NCBI GenBank assembly: GCA_031835245.2
Contig: JAVKOQ020000061.1
Coordinates: forward strand, 1-64,000
Reading direction: 5' to 3'
Length of the DNA stretch: 64,000 nt
DNA from: Balamuthia mandrillaris
Taxonomy: Eukaryota
Shown here: positions 60,983-64,000 of the stretch, one piece after another
Layout of the letters: each line of letters starts with the position of its first letter
Position numbering within the stretch: the stretch's first letter is position 1
The notes under the pieces: model-generated
Databases searched by the model: none
Told to the model about the DNA's origin: nothing
What the model saw: only the letters and a program-made list of their open reading frames with translations
Program-made: the position numbers and the translations under genes

Positions 60983-61138
60983 ATGGAAGAAGCGAGAAGC
61001 AGCTGGGTGGAGGAGGTGCTGCCCAGCGAGGTTCTTTTGGTGGCCTTTTCGTACTTGAACGAAAGAGAGCTGTGCGGCTCCTGCGCTGGTGTTTGTAATC
61101 GGTGGAAGGAGTTGGCAGAGTCTGATTATTTGTGGTTA

Positions 61139-61172
<34 letters not shown>

Positions 61173-63160
61173 ACTAAAATCATCTAGGAAAGAGCTCTAC
61201 CGAAGGAGGTGGAGAAGACAGCGCCAAAGCAAAGCAAAGCAACGCGATGAGGAAGATGAGCAGCAACTCTGTACGTCGCACCTTGCATCGGTGGAGGGGA
61301 GCAAAGGTGAACAAGTCTCGTGGAAGGAGTTTTACCTGGAGCAAGTGCGCTCGCCAGCGCAAACGCTGTTGAACAGAATACAGGCCAACCCTTTGCCCTT
61401 CGCGAAACTGGTTGGCATGATGCCGGAGGCCATTGAAGCTCGCAAACTTGCCAACCGAATGACGGTTCGCTTCTGTCTCTTCTGTCTCTCTCTCATTCTC
61501 TTCTTCTCGCTTCTTCGCTTCTTCGCTTCTTCTCGCCTCTTCTCCTCTTCTCTTTTCTCTCTTCTCTTTTCTCTCTTCTCTCTTCTCTTCTCTCTTCTCT
61601 CTTCTCTCTTCTCTCTTCTCTCTTCTCTCTTCTCTCTTCTCTCTTCTCTCCCTCTAGCTTCTCTCTCCCCTTCTCTCTTGTTCTCTTCTACTGTTGTTTC
61701 CTTTGTTAATGGACGGCAAACAGGCTGAGGATGAGCTCGTTCTTCAACTTATGAGCTTGGATCATTCCTCCGTTCTTCATCACGCTCTTTCTGCCTTTCC
61801 AACTTTGCCTAGGCAGAACTTGCTCTATGCGCGCGACGTACTCAACTCCCAAATACTTCTTTGGAGAACGATTACTTCTGCTGGTTTGTTGCTATACTAC
61901 CTCCCTACAGAAGAAGAGCAGAGAAGAGAAGGGCGAACAGAAGCGAGAGAAGAGAAGAGAGAAGAGAGATGAATTACGAGAAAAGAGAAGAGTAATGTGT
62001 TGACAACGTTTCATAGGTATATTGGTGCCAATGTTCGTGCTATCGGTTGTGTTACAAAAGGCACTACCTTCGCTCTACACAGCGCCGAGCAACTATGCAA
62101 CGGCTCCACTGCGACTAAGCCGTTTGAAAAGCTTTTGGTTGTTCTTTGCCTGTTCTGGCGCATATGCATCCCTGCAGCTTCTACTTTTAGGGTACGACAT
62201 TCGTTTCTCTCTCTCTTTTTTCCTTCTATTACTTTTCCTTATCATTTTTTCTACGAACAAACAAGCACTCTGCCAGGTTACAAAACACCAAGTACAAGTT
62301 ACAGGTCGCTAAGAATATTATGTTTCAAATTCGTTAACCAGATGAGTACTGGCATCGTGAGCGAGGTCAGCCGTTGGTTGAGTTGTGTAGTCTCCATGGC
62401 GTTTTTCTTGCTTTGGAACTTTGGTCTCAAAACAACTTTCATTTCTTCAGGTTTAACTCTTCTTTCTTTTCTTTACTCTTCTGTAATGTAATGTTCTCAC
62501 TATTGTGTGTGTTTTTCTTTTTAAAGGCGCTCTTGTGATGTACAACGCTTTAAAAAGATGGAGACGTGGCTCCCAAACCTTCTCCGAGATATTGGCCACC
62601 GCGGTGCTTGTACTGGTAGCCATCTATCAAGTCGGCAGCAAAAATATTCTCCTTTCTCTCTTCAACTGGACGGCGATGCCTTTATTTCATCTCCTCACTG
62701 CGAATGCCTACCGCTCTTTGCTTGCTCATTCTTCTACTATTCCTTCTGCCTTTGCTTTGGCTGTCCCTCTTCTGCAACAACGTTCTGGACAAGCACTTGT
62801 GGACTACCAAGGCACCAAAAACTCTCATCTCTTCGCATGTGCGATGTTCTTTGAAACTGTTGTCACTGTGCTCTTTCGCATTTATCCTCTTCATTATCGC
62901 TCCGTGCGTGCTGGAAGCAGGACCACCATCACCCTCTCGCTGCTATCTTTTAAGGAGTGGTGTAAGCACCTGTTACAAACGTATGGAAATGAGAGCCGTG
63001 CTTCCATGGAAGAGGAGGAAGCGGGAGGAGGAGAGGAGAACAATAGTATCACAAGCAGAAGAAAACTGCTGAGCAGGGCAAGAAGTTGCTTGGGCGCTGC
63101 TTTGGCGGTTTTTCATTTCGGCCTGTTGCAGTTTTACTTAACCAACGTGACAATGAGGTG

Positions 63161-63203
<43 letters not shown>

Positions 63204-63362
63204 TCTGATTTCGCTTCGTCTAACTTGATGTAAACAAACAAAAACAGATACGGACTGAAGACATCGTTGGCTGTGAGATGTCTCCACGAGTTGGAGTTGT
63301 TTGCCTTTCAACTCTGCCCAACGCTTATTAGCTTCTTTCGAAGAAGCCTCACACAAAAGTAA
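60983..63362 (+). CDS. F-box protein with multi-pass hydrophobic C-terminal region
   Basis: F-box LPSEVLLVAFSYL...VCNRWKELAESDYLW; several hydrophobic stretches in the exons at 62018-63160; stop at 63360-63362. Confidence 0.7.
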
Positions 63363-63418
63363 GCCTTTTTTTCCCTTGCATTTCTTGCTTTCTTTGCACT
63401 GGTACTAGTCGTACAACA

Positions 63419-64000
63419 TCAGTTTGACGAAGAGGAAGAGGAAGAGGAAGAAGCAAGTTTGATGGCCTCTTCAAGAACATCGGAGGATGCGGTGGTCACC
63501 AACACGGCCAACGTGGCAAAGGTGCCCCAAGCTGCATGAGAGACCACCTTGCAGCAGCCCAGCTCCAGTATGTCATAGCCCAAGAGGCCGATGACCTCGT
63601 CCGTTTCCATAAAGACTGTATTCACGGGCTCTCCAAAGAACTAACGAAGCCAGCATGGGTTTTAAAGAAAGCGAAGAGTGAGAAACAGACAAAGAGAGAG
63701 AAGAGAGAAGCCAGAGAGGAAAGCATACGGGAACTCCTGAGGACGGGTCGATAAAGTCAGCCCAGTGCCCTTTCTCTTTCACATGCCGGCAAACCAGCTG
63801 AGCATGCTTGACAAACTATTGTGTTGCTTCCATGTTTAACAGGAGAATACAAAGAGAGAGAGAGAGAGAGAGAGAGAGAACCTTGGCGCTCAGTTTGTCT
63901 CTTTCTTCGGTGGTGTCGAAGGAATAGCCGCTCATGTCGTTGGCGGAGCGCTGCCAAACGGCGGCAAGCACCACCTCCGCCTCCCTGGGCAATTCCGATA
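63419..64000 (-). CDS. MMADHC: MMADHC/CblD-like cobalamin trafficking protein, 5' part outside the window
   Basis: GHWADFIDPSSG and FMETDE...LGYDILELGCCKVVSHAAWGT match the CblD C-terminal motifs. Confidence 0.85.

Overview
Gene-dense eukaryotic DNA with about 20 protein-coding genes. Introns are short GT-AG introns stuffed with CT/CTT/T-rich simple repeats, and most intergenic gaps are only a few hundred bp. Gene content and style suggest a free-living amoeba (Amoebozoa, Balamuthia/Acanthamoeba-like); this is an inference. Recognisable genes are a PH-ArfGAP, a WD40 protein, two tandem Pmp-repeat/GPS membrane proteins, an EF-hand protein, GST, DNA polymerase epsilon (POLE), a receptor tyrosine kinase, a Zn-alcohol dehydrogenase, a chitobiase-like GH18 (apparently 5'-truncated), RABGGTB, DD3-3, CWC2, MMADHC and three F-box genes. 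The most unusual elements are (1) one spliced reading frame fusing F-box + PEX5-type TPR + PEX14/PEX39-like KPWE domain + PhzF isomerase, (2) an in-frame phosphoserine aminotransferase-Maf fusion, (3) single-pass beta-helix adhesin-like paralogs with a GPS autoproteolysis-like motif, and (4) recurrent promoter motifs (TGTCGAC clusters, CGTCGTCATGA x3, a CCG palindrome). All gene models were assembled by eye and no database searches were run. No rRNA, tRNA, CRISPR array or transposon was recognised.
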